Part shown: positions 19,427-28,629 of the stretch, piece by piece
Layout of the letters: the number at the start of each line of letters is the position of its first letter
How positions within the stretch are numbered: the stretch's first letter is position 1
Position numbers and translations under genes: made by a program
The notes under the pieces: model-generated
Seen by the model: only the letters and a program-made list of their open reading frames with translations
Told to the model about the DNA's origin: nothing
The model's database searches: none
Source of the DNA: an uncultured Collinsella sp.
GTDB lineage: Bacteria; Actinomycetota; Coriobacteriia; Coriobacteriales; Coriobacteriaceae
DNA length: 64,000 bases
Direction: 5' to 3'
Assembly (NCBI GenBank): GCA_958427975.1
Contig: CAUAEH010000002.1
Location: forward strand, 16,724-80,723

Positions 19427-20191
19427 CTAGTGGCCCTTAATGGAGTTGAGGAAGTCCTGGGCGCGCTTGGTCTGGGGGTGGTCGAAGAACTCGTCGGGTG
19501 TGCCGGTTTCCACGATCTGGCCGTCGGCCATAAACACGACGCGGTCGGCCACGCGGCGGGCGAAGTTCATCTCGTGCGTGATGACGATCATCGTCATGCC
19601 CTGCTGGGCCAGACGGACCATGACCTCGAGCACCTCGTTGATCATCTCGGGATCGAGGGCACTCGTGGGCTCGTCAAAGAGCATGGCCTTGGGTTGCATG
19701 GCAAGCGAGCGGGCGATGGCTACGCGCTGTTGCTGGCCGCCCGAGAGCTGTGCGGGCACCTTATCGGCCTGCTCGGCCACGCCCACGCGGCCCAGCAGGT
19801 CCATGGCGCGCTCACGGGCTTCGTCCTTGGAGACGCCCAGCACATCGACCGGTCCCAGCATGACGTTCTGCAGGACGGTCATATGTGCGAACAGGTTGAA
19901 CTGCTGAAACACCATGCCCAGCTCGGCACGCATGCGGGCAAGGTCCTTGCCTTCCTGCGGTAGGGGCTCGCCCTCGATGAGGATCTCGCCCGAGTCGATG
20001 GTTTCCAGGCGGTTGATGGTGCGGCACATGGTCGACTTGCCCGAGCCCGAAGGACCGATCACAACGACGACCTCGCCGCGGTCGACTGAGAGATTGATGT
20101 CGTTGAGGACGTGCAGATCTCCGTAGTGCTTATCGACGTGTCTGAGCTCGATCAGCGGCTGATTGCCGGTGGAAGAGGTGCTCTGTGCCAT
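19427..20191 (-). CDS. Polar amino-acid ABC transporter ATPase (GluA-like)
   Basis: GPSGSGKST, LSGGQQQR, FDEPTSALDPE. Confidence 0.95.
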   Translation of the reverse strand: MAQSTSSTGNQPLIELRHVDKHYGDLHVLNDINLSVDRGEVVVVIGPSGSGKSTMCRTINRLETIDSGEILIEGEPLPQEGKDLARMRAELGMVFQQFNLFAHMTVLQNVMLGPVDVLGVSKDEARERAMDLLGRVGVAEQADKVPAQLSGGQQQRVAIARSLAMQPKAMLFDEPTSALDPEMINEVLEVMVRLAQQGMTMIVITHEMNFARRVADRVVFMADGQIVETGTPDEFFDHPQTKRAQDFLNSIKGH

Positions 20192-20227
20192 GGTGCTCGG
20201 CTCCTTATGACTCGAAATGGTAAAGCG

Positions 20228-21061
20228 TTAGCGGATGATGGTCGCGCCGGTCTTGTGCGAAACGTAGACAGCGGCCTTGTTGATCGCGACGTTGATGAGG
20301 ATGTAGATGACCGCGATAACCAGGTAGACCGACACGAGGGCGTCGTAGTTGGTAATGAGCACGCGGGCGTTTTGCATGAGGTCGGGGTAGCTCACCACGT
20401 AGGCGACAGTGGTGTCTTTGACTACGACCACAAGCTGCGAAATCAACGACGGAATGATAAACCGAATAGCCTGCGGCAACACGATTTTAAAGGTGATTTT
20501 AGCTTTGGAGAGGCCGAGTGCCTGGGCGGCTTCGACCTGGCCGCGCGGCACGGCGTTGACGCCAGCGCGAAAGATCTCGGCGAGTACGCCAGCTGCGGCG
20601 AGCGCGACGGGAAGCGTGAGCATCCAAAACGACGGCAGCGCGATCTTGTACTGGGGCAGCACCAAAAAGAAGAAGTAGATGAACAGCAGGCTCGGTACGC
20701 CGCGGAAGAAATCGGTGAGCACGCGGCAGACCAGCTGCAGCGGCTTAATGTCGCTGGTACGGCCGAGCATAAGGGCTAAGCCCAGCACCAGCGCGATGGC
20801 GCCAGCGGTGAGTGCGACTTTAACGGTGCCCTCAAAGCCGGCAAGCAGGAACTTCCAGGTGGTGAGGTGCGTAAAGAAATACCAATAGTGAACCGAAAGC
20901 TGGCCGGTCACATAAAAGCGCTGCAACACGAGGACGACAAGCGCGGCGACGGCAACAAGCGAGATGGCGGTGCCGATGCGAATCTTGGCGCGCATCTTGG
21001 GGCCGGGAGCCTCGTAGAGCGCATCGCGCATGGCGAGCGCGGAGGTGGAGTGCTTGCTCAT
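20228..21061 (-). CDS. Amino-acid ABC permease (GluD-like)
   Basis: EIFRAGV...GQVEAAQALGL EAA loop, VKDT. Confidence 0.92.
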   Translation of the reverse strand: MSKHSTSALAMRDALYEAPGPKMRAKIRIGTAISLVAVAALVVLVLQRFYVTGQLSVHYWYFFTHLTTWKFLLAGFEGTVKVALTAGAIALVLGLALMLGRTSDIKPLQLVCRVLTDFFRGVPSLLFIYFFFLVLPQYKIALPSFWMLTLPVALAAAGVLAEIFRAGVNAVPRGQVEAAQALGLSKAKITFKIVLPQAIRFIIPSLISQLVVVVKDTTVAYVVSYPDLMQNARVLITNYDALVSVYLVIAVIYILINVAINKAAVYVSHKTGATIIR

Positions 21062-21717
21062 CGGAGGATCCTCACCTTCTTATCAATGTAGTTGCCAATG
21101 TGGCTCACCACAAAGGCAGTGCCCAGGTAGCCGAGCGCCGAGATAAAGAACGCGGCGACGCCGCCGAGCGAGCGCGTGTTGATATAGCTCACCACGCCGG
21201 TGAGCTCCTGCGGTTGCAACGGCACCTGGCTGCCGAGCGCGGTGGTGAGCATGACGGCGATAAAGAGGTTGGTCATGGGCAGCACGCTCGAGCGCAGTGC
21301 CTGCGGAATCACGATCTTGGCGAGGATGCGGCTGAAGCTCATGCCGAGCGAACGTGCGGCTTCCACCTGACCGACGCCGACGGTATTGATGCCGCTCATA
21401 AAGTTCTCGGAGCCAAAGGCCGAGCCCAAAAGGACCGTGGCGACGATAACGCAGGTGCGGTAGGGCAGGACGACCTTGAGCGGCGGCAGCGCATAGACGA
21501 CGATGATGAGCAGCGCAATGCCGGGGATGTTACGGAAGACCTGAACATACAGGTCGCCAAAGACGCGCAGCGGCTTGAGCGGCGACACGCGCATCACGGT
21601 GACGGCGACGGCCAGCACCATGGCGATGGCAAACGACTCAAGCGTCATGCCCCAGGTTGCTAGCAGCGCGTCGATATAGTTCTGGCCATAGAGCGACCAG
21701 AGCTCGGAGAGACTCAT
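21058..21717 (-). CDS. Amino-acid ABC permease (GluC-like)
   Basis: FRNIP, GQVEAARSLGM; stop overlaps next start. Confidence 0.92.
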   Translation of the reverse strand: MSLSELWSLYGQNYIDALLATWGMTLESFAIAMVLAVAVTVMRVSPLKPLRVFGDLYVQVFRNIPGIALLIIVVYALPPLKVVLPYRTCVIVATVLLGSAFGSENFMSGINTVGVGQVEAARSLGMSFSRILAKIVIPQALRSSVLPMTNLFIAVMLTTALGSQVPLQPQELTGVVSYINTRSLGGVAAFFISALGYLGTAFVVSHIGNYIDKKVRILR

Positions 21718-21855
21718 GCGGACCTCCCGCCGATAAGGAAAGGGGCTCCCGTGTGTACGGAAGCCCCGACAACTCTGTGAGGAAACAGTTTACCGCAATA
21801 AAGCGCATCGTGCGTTTCCATATGGTTTCGTTGCGGCCGTTACCAGGCTCGTTGC

Positions 21856-22851
21856 CTAGGCGCCGATTTCGGGCAGCTCGGGAACATTGGTGTCGCCCGT
21901 GCGGTCGCCGATGCAGATCTGCCACAGCTCGGTCCAGGTGCCGTCGTCCTCGATCTTCTTAAGGAAGTCGTTGACAAAGGCGACGCCGTCGGAATCGAGC
22001 GGTAGACCGATGCCATAGGGCTCCTTGCTGCCGAAGGGCTTGCCGGCGATCTTGTATTTACCGGGCTCGCGGACCAGGGCGCTCTGCTGCATGTTGTTAT
22101 CGATGACGTAGGCGTCAACGCGACCCTGCTGGAGGGCCTGACGAGCCTCCTCGTCGGTCTTGAACTCCTGCTGGCTGGCCTTGGGAGCGAACTCCTCCAG
22201 GATGGCGGGGCCGTTGGAGCCGGACTGGACGGCGACGTTCTTGTCGGCCAGGTCGTCGACGCTCTTGATGTCGTCGTTGTCGGCGAGCACCAGGATGGCC
22301 TGCTGCGTGTAGTAGTAGGGACCGGCAAAGGAGACGAGCTTCTTGCGCTCGTCGGTAATGGTGTAGGTGGCAAAGACAGCGTCGACCTGGCCGTTCTGCA
22401 GAACGGACTCGCGCGTGTCCGAGGTCACCTGGGTGATCTCGACCTTGTTCTCGCCCAGGATGTAGTTGGACAGGAGCTGTGCGATACCGGCGTCGAAGCC
22501 GCGGGTCTGACCGTCTTTCTCGTTGAGGAGGGAGAAGAGCGTGGAGGTCTGAACGCCACCGATCTTAAAGACGCCGGCGTCCTTGACGGCCGTCGCCCAG
22601 GTGCTGGCGGCGATGGCGTCGTCATCGGCCTTGGGGCCGTCGTTGACGAGCTTGTCGAATGCCTTGGCATCGAGCGTGGTGGAAGCCGCGGTATCCTCGG
22701 AGCCCTTGGAGGAGCCGGTGGCGGAACCCTTGTCGGCCTCGGCGCTGGTGTCAGAGCAGCCGGCAAGACCAAGGCCGGCGACGGTTGCGAAGGTGGCGGC
22801 AACGAAGCCGCGGCGGTCGAGAACGACCTGCTGGGAGAGGTTCTTGCTCAT
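21856..22851 (-). CDS. Amino-acid ABC substrate-binding lipoprotein (GluB-like) with twin-arginine signal
   Basis: RRGFV...LAGC; GFDA, ATYTITDERKK, FAGPYY. Confidence 0.9.
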   Translation of the reverse strand: MSKNLSQQVVLDRRGFVAATFATVAGLGLAGCSDTSAEADKGSATGSSKGSEDTAASTTLDAKAFDKLVNDGPKADDDAIAASTWATAVKDAGVFKIGGVQTSTLFSLLNEKDGQTRGFDAGIAQLLSNYILGENKVEITQVTSDTRESVLQNGQVDAVFATYTITDERKKLVSFAGPYYYTQQAILVLADNDDIKSVDDLADKNVAVQSGSNGPAILEEFAPKASQQEFKTDEEARQALQQGRVDAYVIDNNMQQSALVREPGKYKIAGKPFGSKEPYGIGLPLDSDGVAFVNDFLKKIEDDGTWTELWQICIGDRTGDTNVPELPEIGA

Positions 22852-22966
22852 GGGAGAACACCTTTCTCAATAAAATCCCTAGCGGTTGAGTAGAGTTATA
22901 CCCTATCGCGCTCAAATGGGTCAACACGAAATAACTCAGAAACATACTCGTCTTATGGGTAATTCT

Positions 22967-23002
22967 ACCTACCAAAAAGGGACAGGCACCTTTGTGGTGG
23001 TT
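22967..23002 (+). repeat. REP-like hairpin, family A/B hybrid
   Basis: ACCTACCAAAAAGGGACAGGCACCTTTGTGGTGGTT. Confidence 0.75.
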
Positions 23003-23033
23003 CTTGCAGATGTGGTGGCCTGTCTCGCTGCTT

Positions 23034-23253
23034 TGTCTCAATCTGTAACATCTGCAGCCGTTTTTGCCGAGTAACTGTTACAGATCGAGATTTTCTCTTC
23101 AGGGGAATTCGAATGTCTCAATCTGTAACATCTGGACGGTCAAAAGGTCCCTATCTGTTACAGATTGAGACAAAGGTCTGGGACTACGACGTCTTATCTC
23201 GATCTGTAACAGTTAGACGGAAATTCGGACCCTAGATGTTACAGATTGAGATA
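23034..23253. repeat. Array of three inverted-repeat units (17-bp arms, 25-nt interior)
   Basis: Arms at 23034-50/23076-92, 23114-30/23156-72, 23195-211/23237-53; consensus TRTCTCRATCTGTAACA. Confidence 0.92.
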
Positions 23254-23270
23254 ATCGCGTCGCGAAAATA

Positions 23271-23307
23271 AAAACCTCCGCAGGGATGCTTTCCTTGCGG
23301 AGGTTTT
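23271..23307 (-). terminator. Intrinsic terminator after dxs
   Basis: AAAACCTCCGCAGGGA...TTCCTTGCGGAGGTTTT. Confidence 0.75.
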
Positions 23308-23308
23308 C

Positions 23309-25090
23309 TTACTCGTTGAGTAGCCTTACGGCTTCGGCGGCCATGTTCTCGACCGTCATGCCGTTCTGCGCGAGCAGTTCGTTGGGATCGTAGCGGTCGG
23401 GAAAGCCCTTGGCGATGCCAAAGGTGCGCGTGCGCAACGGCGTGCATGCCAGATAGCATGCCACGCGCTCGCCCCAGCCGCCGTCCAAGATGCCGTCCTC
23501 GAGGGTGACGACAACGCGATGCTCGGCGGCAAGACTGTCGAGGAACTCGCGGTCAAGCTCGGTTGCAAAGCGCGGGTTGACGAGCGTGGCCTCGATGCCG
23601 TACTCGGCAGTCAGACGGTTTGCCACACGCTCGCCCAGCTCAAAGAAATCGCCGAGCGCGAGTACGGCAACGTCGCGACCCTGGCGCACCACGTTGTAGC
23701 GAACGGCGCTGTAGTCGGTGTCTTCGGCGGGTGCAAGGTCGGGACGGCTCACCAGGCCAATACCAGGCACACGAATCGCCACGGGATGCTCGCGGTGGTC
23801 GAGTGACCAGCTCAGCATGGACAGATATTCCTCCATGCAGGCCGGCGCCAAGTAGTGCATGTTGGGAAGACCGCCCAGCATGGAAATATCAAAGAACGAA
23901 AGGTGCGTCTCGGACGTGGTGCCAAAGATCGACGCACCAAACACCAAAATGGTTGCCGGGGCGTCGTTGAGGCACAGGTCGTGCCACAGCTCGTCGTAGG
24001 CGCGCTGCAAAAACGTGCCGTACACACCAAAGACCGGCTTGGCGCCCGAGCGAGCAAGCGCGGTGGCAAAGGTCACGGCGTGCTCCTCGGCAATGCCCAC
24101 ATCGACGAACTGTTTGCCGGCGGCAGCGCGAAGCTCGGGTGTAAAGCCCATGATGTAGGGTGTGGCGGCCGTGATGCCCACGACCTGCGGATCACGCTCG
24201 ATGGCGGCGCTGAGCGCCTCGCCCGTAATGTCGGCATAGGTGCGCGGCGCAGGCTCGCTCGGATGGCCCGGGCAGAGCTTGCGCCCGGTCGCCATGTCAA
24301 ACGGACCCACGTGGTGCCAGCGTTCCGGGTCGCTCTGGGCTGGCACAAAGCCCTTGCCCTTGGCGGTGGAGACGTGCAGCACGATGGGGTGGTCGATGTC
24401 GCGCAGCTCCTGCAGCGCATCGACTAGGGCCAACACATCGTTACCGGCGTCCAGATAGCGGTAGTCGAGCCCCATCGCGCGGAAAACGTTGCGCTCACAG
24501 GTGCCGTTGCTGGCGCGCAGCTCGGCCAGATTGCGATAGAGGCCGCCGTGGTTCTCGGCGATGGACTGGTCGTTGTCATTGACGACGATGATCAGGTTGC
24601 TGTCGAGCTCGGCGGCATTGTTAAAGCCCTCAAACGCCAGGCCACCCGAAAGCGAGCCGTCGCCAATAATGGTGATGACGTTGTACGTATCGCCCGCCAG
24701 GTCACGAGCGTGCGCCAGGCCGCAGCCCAGGCTTACCGATGTCGAGGTGTGGCCCATGGCGAACAGGTCGTGCTCGGACTCGTCGGGATTGGCAAAGCCA
24801 GAAGCCTCACCATAACGCTCCGGATCGATATAAGTGTACGCGCGCCCCGTCAGCGCCTTGTGGGCGTAGGTCTGGTGCGAAACGTCAAAGACAATCTTGT
24901 CGATGGGGGAGTTAAACACGCGATGAAGCGCAACCGTAAGCTCAACGACGCCCAAGTTGGGGGCAACGTGTCCGCCGACGGCGGCGGAGCTTTCGAGGAT
25001 TGCCTGACGGATCTCGCCGCAGAGCAGCGGAAGCTCGGCGCGGTCGAGAGCCTTGACGTCCTCGGGCGTTGTCGTTTGCGTAAGCAGCAT
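23309..25090 (-). CDS. dxs: 1-deoxy-D-xylulose-5-phosphate synthase (short form)
   Basis: GGHVAPNLG, DVSHQTYAHK, GDGSLSGG...NDN TPP motif, DVGIAEEH, FLQRAYD. Confidence 0.92.
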   Translation of the reverse strand: MLLTQTTTPEDVKALDRAELPLLCGEIRQAILESSAAVGGHVAPNLGVVELTVALHRVFNSPIDKIVFDVSHQTYAHKALTGRAYTYIDPERYGEASGFANPDESEHDLFAMGHTSTSVSLGCGLAHARDLAGDTYNVITIIGDGSLSGGLAFEGFNNAAELDSNLIIVVNDNDQSIAENHGGLYRNLAELRASNGTCERNVFRAMGLDYRYLDAGNDVLALVDALQELRDIDHPIVLHVSTAKGKGFVPAQSDPERWHHVGPFDMATGRKLCPGHPSEPAPRTYADITGEALSAAIERDPQVVGITAATPYIMGFTPELRAAAGKQFVDVGIAEEHAVTFATALARSGAKPVFGVYGTFLQRAYDELWHDLCLNDAPATILVFGASIFGTTSETHLSFFDISMLGGLPNMHYLAPACMEEYLSMLSWSLDHREHPVAIRVPGIGLVSRPDLAPAEDTDYSAVRYNVVRQGRDVAVLALGDFFELGERVANRLTAEYGIEATLVNPRFATELDREFLDSLAAEHRVVVTLEDGILDGGWGERVACYLACTPLRTRTFGIAKGFPDRYDPNELLAQNGMTVENMAAEAVRLLNE

Positions 25091-25318
25091 CGTTGTGGGT
25101 TACTCCATGCGAATCGAGCGCCGGCACTCCCTTGGCCGGCACAATTGCACAAGACAGTCTCGCACATTTTGGCGTTTGATATGTGACGGCGGCGCGGTAA
25201 TTCGCCAACTGGTGGGGCAAAACGTTTTGTCCGATGCCATACTGATATGTTCCATGATGTTTTTATCGATTGTGCACAGGCCGTGGCTTGCCGCCGTGAG
25301 CCGCTGGAAGGAGGCAGC

Positions 25319-25855
25319 ATGTCCGATGTCGTTCGTGCCGAGAAAATCGCGCGCGAGGTCGACTATGCCGCCCGCCAGCTCGCCCAGTCGGGCCGCTTGG
25401 ACCTGACGCGCGAGTTTGTCCAGCATGGTGACGTGACGGTCTATGCACATGTGACCTCGGTGGCGCGGGCGAGCCTGTCTTTTGCCGAGCGCCTGAGCCG
25501 CGTCGGTGTCTCGGTCGACCGTGCCTCGTTGCTGCGCGGAGCCCTGTTACACGATTATTTTCTCTATGACTGGCACGATCCCGACCCGAGCCATCGACTG
25601 CACGGATTCCGGCATCCATTTTTTGCTCTGACGCGCGCGGAGGAAGATTTTGAGCTGACGTCGCGCGAGCGGAATATTATCGTGCGGCATATGTTTCCGC
25701 TGGTGCCGGTGCCGCCGACGTGTCGTGAGGCTTGGATTGTGTGCCTGGCGGATAAATGGTGTGCTCTGCGCGAGACGGTCGCCGGTCGTCTGCGGCGCAA
25801 GGACGAGGCGGACGATGGCGTGAGCAGCGAATCGAGTGAAAAGAGGAGAGGATAG
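25319..25855 (+). CDS. HD-domain phosphohydrolase
   Basis: QHG...H, ALLHDYFLYDWH, HMFP, ADK; RBS AAGGAGG. Confidence 0.85.
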   Translation: MSDVVRAEKIAREVDYAARQLAQSGRLDLTREFVQHGDVTVYAHVTSVARASLSFAERLSRVGVSVDRASLLRGALLHDYFLYDWHDPDPSHRLHGFRHPFFALTRAEEDFELTSRERNIIVRHMFPLVPVPPTCREAWIVCLADKWCALRETVAGRLRRKDEADDGVSSESSEKRRG

Positions 25856-25858
25856 ACG

Positions 25859-26878
25859 GTGGGGACCGCGATCGACATGGCATTTGACGGCGCGACGCTT
25901 GCCTCCTGTCCGCTCTCGGCACTGGTGCTCTCGTTTGCCTTTTACGGGTTTTGCGGTTGGGCATGGGAGTCGACAGTCTGCGCCATGCTCAATCACGGAC
26001 GATTTGCCAACAGCGGCTTTTTGCTGGGTCCGTGCTGCCCCATCTATGGCGCGGGCGGCATTGCCTGCTGGCTGCTGTTGCGTGGGATTCCGGATGCCTC
26101 GAGCCAGTTTGTCGCTGCAGCGCTCGTATGCAGCGTGATTGAGTACGGCGTAGGCGTGCTGTTGGAAAAAACAACGGGCGCTCGCTTTTGGGACTATTCG
26201 CACCTGCCGTTTAACCTGCACGGACGCATCTGCCTGTACTGGGCATGCGCATTTGGCTTGGGTGCGTTGTGCATTTGCCGTTTAGTGGAGCCGGCGTTGC
26301 TGGGGCTGCTTGGCCATCTGCCGGTGCTGATTGTGCGGCTGTCCGCCTTTATCGTCGCGGTCGCGATGATGGTCGACGCGTTGTGCTCGCTGGCGAGCTG
26401 GCGGCGTCTGTCCGATCAGCTGGAGCGCGTGCGCGCCGACCTTGCCGACCGTATCAACGAGTCGCTTGCCGATGCGTCCGACTCCATGCTCGAACGTATT
26501 CCCGATTCGGCGATCGACTCGGTGGCACAGACGCATATCCGCAGCCGCGCCGTTAACGCGTGGCTTGCGGAGCTGGGCGACGCGACGCTCGATGCCCTGC
26601 GCGAGAAGGCTTCGATGCCGACGTTTATCTCGGATGGTGCTCGCGGCCTGGCGCTCGCTGCCCGCCGCGTGGCCGATGCCGCGCCGAGCATGCCGCGTCC
26701 GTCACTCAGTCGTCGCCTTGCCGGCAAGCGCATGAGCCGTCCGGTGCCGAGCGTGTCACTCAGCCGCCGCGACCTACGCTTCTTTAACGCCTTCCCGCGT
26801 CTGCGCATCAATCGCTACGAAGGTGTCATTCGAGCAACTAATCTCCGCGACCGCGCCCACGAGCTGTTTCGCCGCTAG
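25859..26878 (+). CDS. Putative ABC permease-family membrane protein (TMEM229/CmpB-like)
   Basis: GWAWES, GFLLGPCCPIYG, WDYSHLPFNLHGRICL. Confidence 0.78.
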   Translation: MGTAIDMAFDGATLASCPLSALVLSFAFYGFCGWAWESTVCAMLNHGRFANSGFLLGPCCPIYGAGGIACWLLLRGIPDASSQFVAAALVCSVIEYGVGVLLEKTTGARFWDYSHLPFNLHGRICLYWACAFGLGALCICRLVEPALLGLLGHLPVLIVRLSAFIVAVAMMVDALCSLASWRRLSDQLERVRADLADRINESLADASDSMLERIPDSAIDSVAQTHIRSRAVNAWLAELGDATLDALREKASMPTFISDGARGLALAARRVADAAPSMPRPSLSRRLAGKRMSRPVPSVSLSRRDLRFFNAFPRLRINRYEGVIRATNLRDRAHELFRR

Positions 26879-27076
26879 GTGGGGCGGGTGCGCCCGCGGC
26901 TTCCTCGCCCCCACGTTTCCCGTTCGTTTCGCGCCCGTTGCCGCGCTGTTTCCAAGATTGCGGCACCGTTTCCATTCGACAACGCAGCGTTTAACAACGC
27001 CGTATCTGGTCTACACCAGTTGCCCGTCGACCGCATTATGGGCGCCGACAACGTCCATGCGACCAAGGGGGAGCGA

Positions 27077-28009
27077 ATGTACGATACGGGATCGACAACG
27101 TTTATGCTCATCTGCACCATGCTCGTGTTTTTAATGACACCGGGCCTGGCGTTTTTCTATGGTGGCCTGTCCAGGCGCAAAAATGTCATCAACACCATGC
27201 TTATGTGCTTTGGCGCCATTGGCCTGGTGGGCGTGCTGTGGATTGCCGCCGGCTGGTCGCTGGCCTATGGCGGCGACGGCTCGAGTCCGTTTATTGGAGG
27301 CTTTGATCAGCTGCTGTGCCTGCCGGTGCTCGGCCAGGTGCTGCAGGCGGCCGAGGGCAACGCCGCGGACGGTGCCGTCTACCCTCAGATCATCAACATC
27401 GCCTTTCAGATGGCATTTGCCATGATCACTGCTGCTATCGTCACGGGCAGCCTGGCCGGCCGCGTTAAGTTTGGTGCCATGACGGCCTTCCTGGGCATTT
27501 GGCTGCTCGTGGTCTATGCGCCGCTCGCCCATATGGTTTGGGGCGGCGAGGGCTCCTTTATCGGCGATATCATCGGCGCACTCGACTTTGCCGGCGGCGA
27601 CGTGGTGCACATTTCGTCCGGTCTGACGGGCCTGATTCTCTGCTTAATGCTCGGCCGTCGTCGCGGCTTTGGCATGGTGAGCTACCGTCCGCATAACGTG
27701 CCGTTTGTGGCGCTGGGCGCCGGCCTGCTTTGGTTTGGCTGGTTTGGCTTTAACGGCGGCAGCGAGTTCAAGGCCGACGCCGTGGCGGCGCTCGCCATCC
27801 TCAACACCGTGACGGCCAGCGCGGCGGGCATGGTCTCGTGGCTTGCCGTCGAGCGCGTGCATACCGGCCGCCCCACGCTGGTGGTCGCCGCGGTGGTCAA
27901 GGCGCTGTTCCACGGCAGCCTGCGTGTGGACGAGGCCGACGAGGCACTGGGCTTGGATGCGAGTCAACACGGCGAGAACGCTTATCCCTCCTTCTTGGGA
28001 CTTGATTAA
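27077..28009 (+). pseudogene. amtB: Ammonium transporter with in-frame internal deletion
   Basis: MTPGLAFFYGG, FQMAFA, DFAGGDVVH, LWFGWFGFNGGS present, then jumps from GRPTLV to the last helix and LRV-DE-GLD tail; only 310 aa. Confidence 0.8.
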
Positions 28010-28115
28010 CAGCTTCCCCAAGCACCGCACCTTGCCGTTCAATCGTCGCTCACGTACTTAAGTACGCTTCGCTCCTCTTTCACGGCAATCTGCGGCACTT
28101 GGGAAACCTGTCAAG
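28001..28115. repeat. Long imperfect palindrome with ERIC-like centre
   Basis: TTCCCCAAG/CTTGGGAA, TTGCCGT/ACGGCAA, core CTCACGTACTTAAGTACGCTTC. Confidence 0.75.
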
Positions 28116-28216
28116 ACCAGTTGGTTGCACTATTTGATTTGCAAGGTTGGTCTGTGGCGCCTGGGAAACCCGCGTCTCATGTAAAGGGATACGTTGATTA
28201 TTGAGAGGAATTCATT

Positions 28217-28555
28217 ATGAAAAAGATCACGGCTATCGTGCGCCAGGAGAAGCTTGAGGTTCTTAAAAACGCGTTGTTTGCTGCCAATGTTCGCGGCATG
28301 ACTATCAACCAGGTGCAGGGCTGCGGCGCGCAGCATGGCTGGAAGGAATACGTGCGCGGCAACGAGTTGCTTGTCAACACGATCCCTAAGGTGCAGTTCA
28401 CGCTCATTTGTGCCGATGAGCATGTTGACGGCATTGTCGAGATTATCTGCAACGCCGCTCGCACCGGAGCCGTCGGCGACGGCAAGATCTGGGTCGAGCC
28501 GGTCGAGGAAGTCATCCGCATCCGTACCGGCGAACACGGCCCCGCCGCGGTGTAG
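28217..28555 (+). CDS. glnK: PII nitrogen regulatory protein
   Basis: MKKITAIVR, T-loop, TGAVGDGKIW, IRIRTGE; adjacent to amtB. Confidence 0.93.
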   Translation: MKKITAIVRQEKLEVLKNALFAANVRGMTINQVQGCGAQHGWKEYVRGNELLVNTIPKVQFTLICADEHVDGIVEIICNAARTGAVGDGKIWVEPVEEVIRIRTGEHGPAAV

Positions 28556-28629
28556 AATCGACCGCCTGCCATCCGCAACGTTAAAATGTTGCAATGAGGC
28601 ACAAGACTTGCGTTGCGGATGGACGGATT

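Noticed and set aside
23034..23253. Possible CRISPR array
   Set aside because: Repeats alternate in orientation, are only 17 bp, and no cas genes are present; kept as a non-CRISPR array
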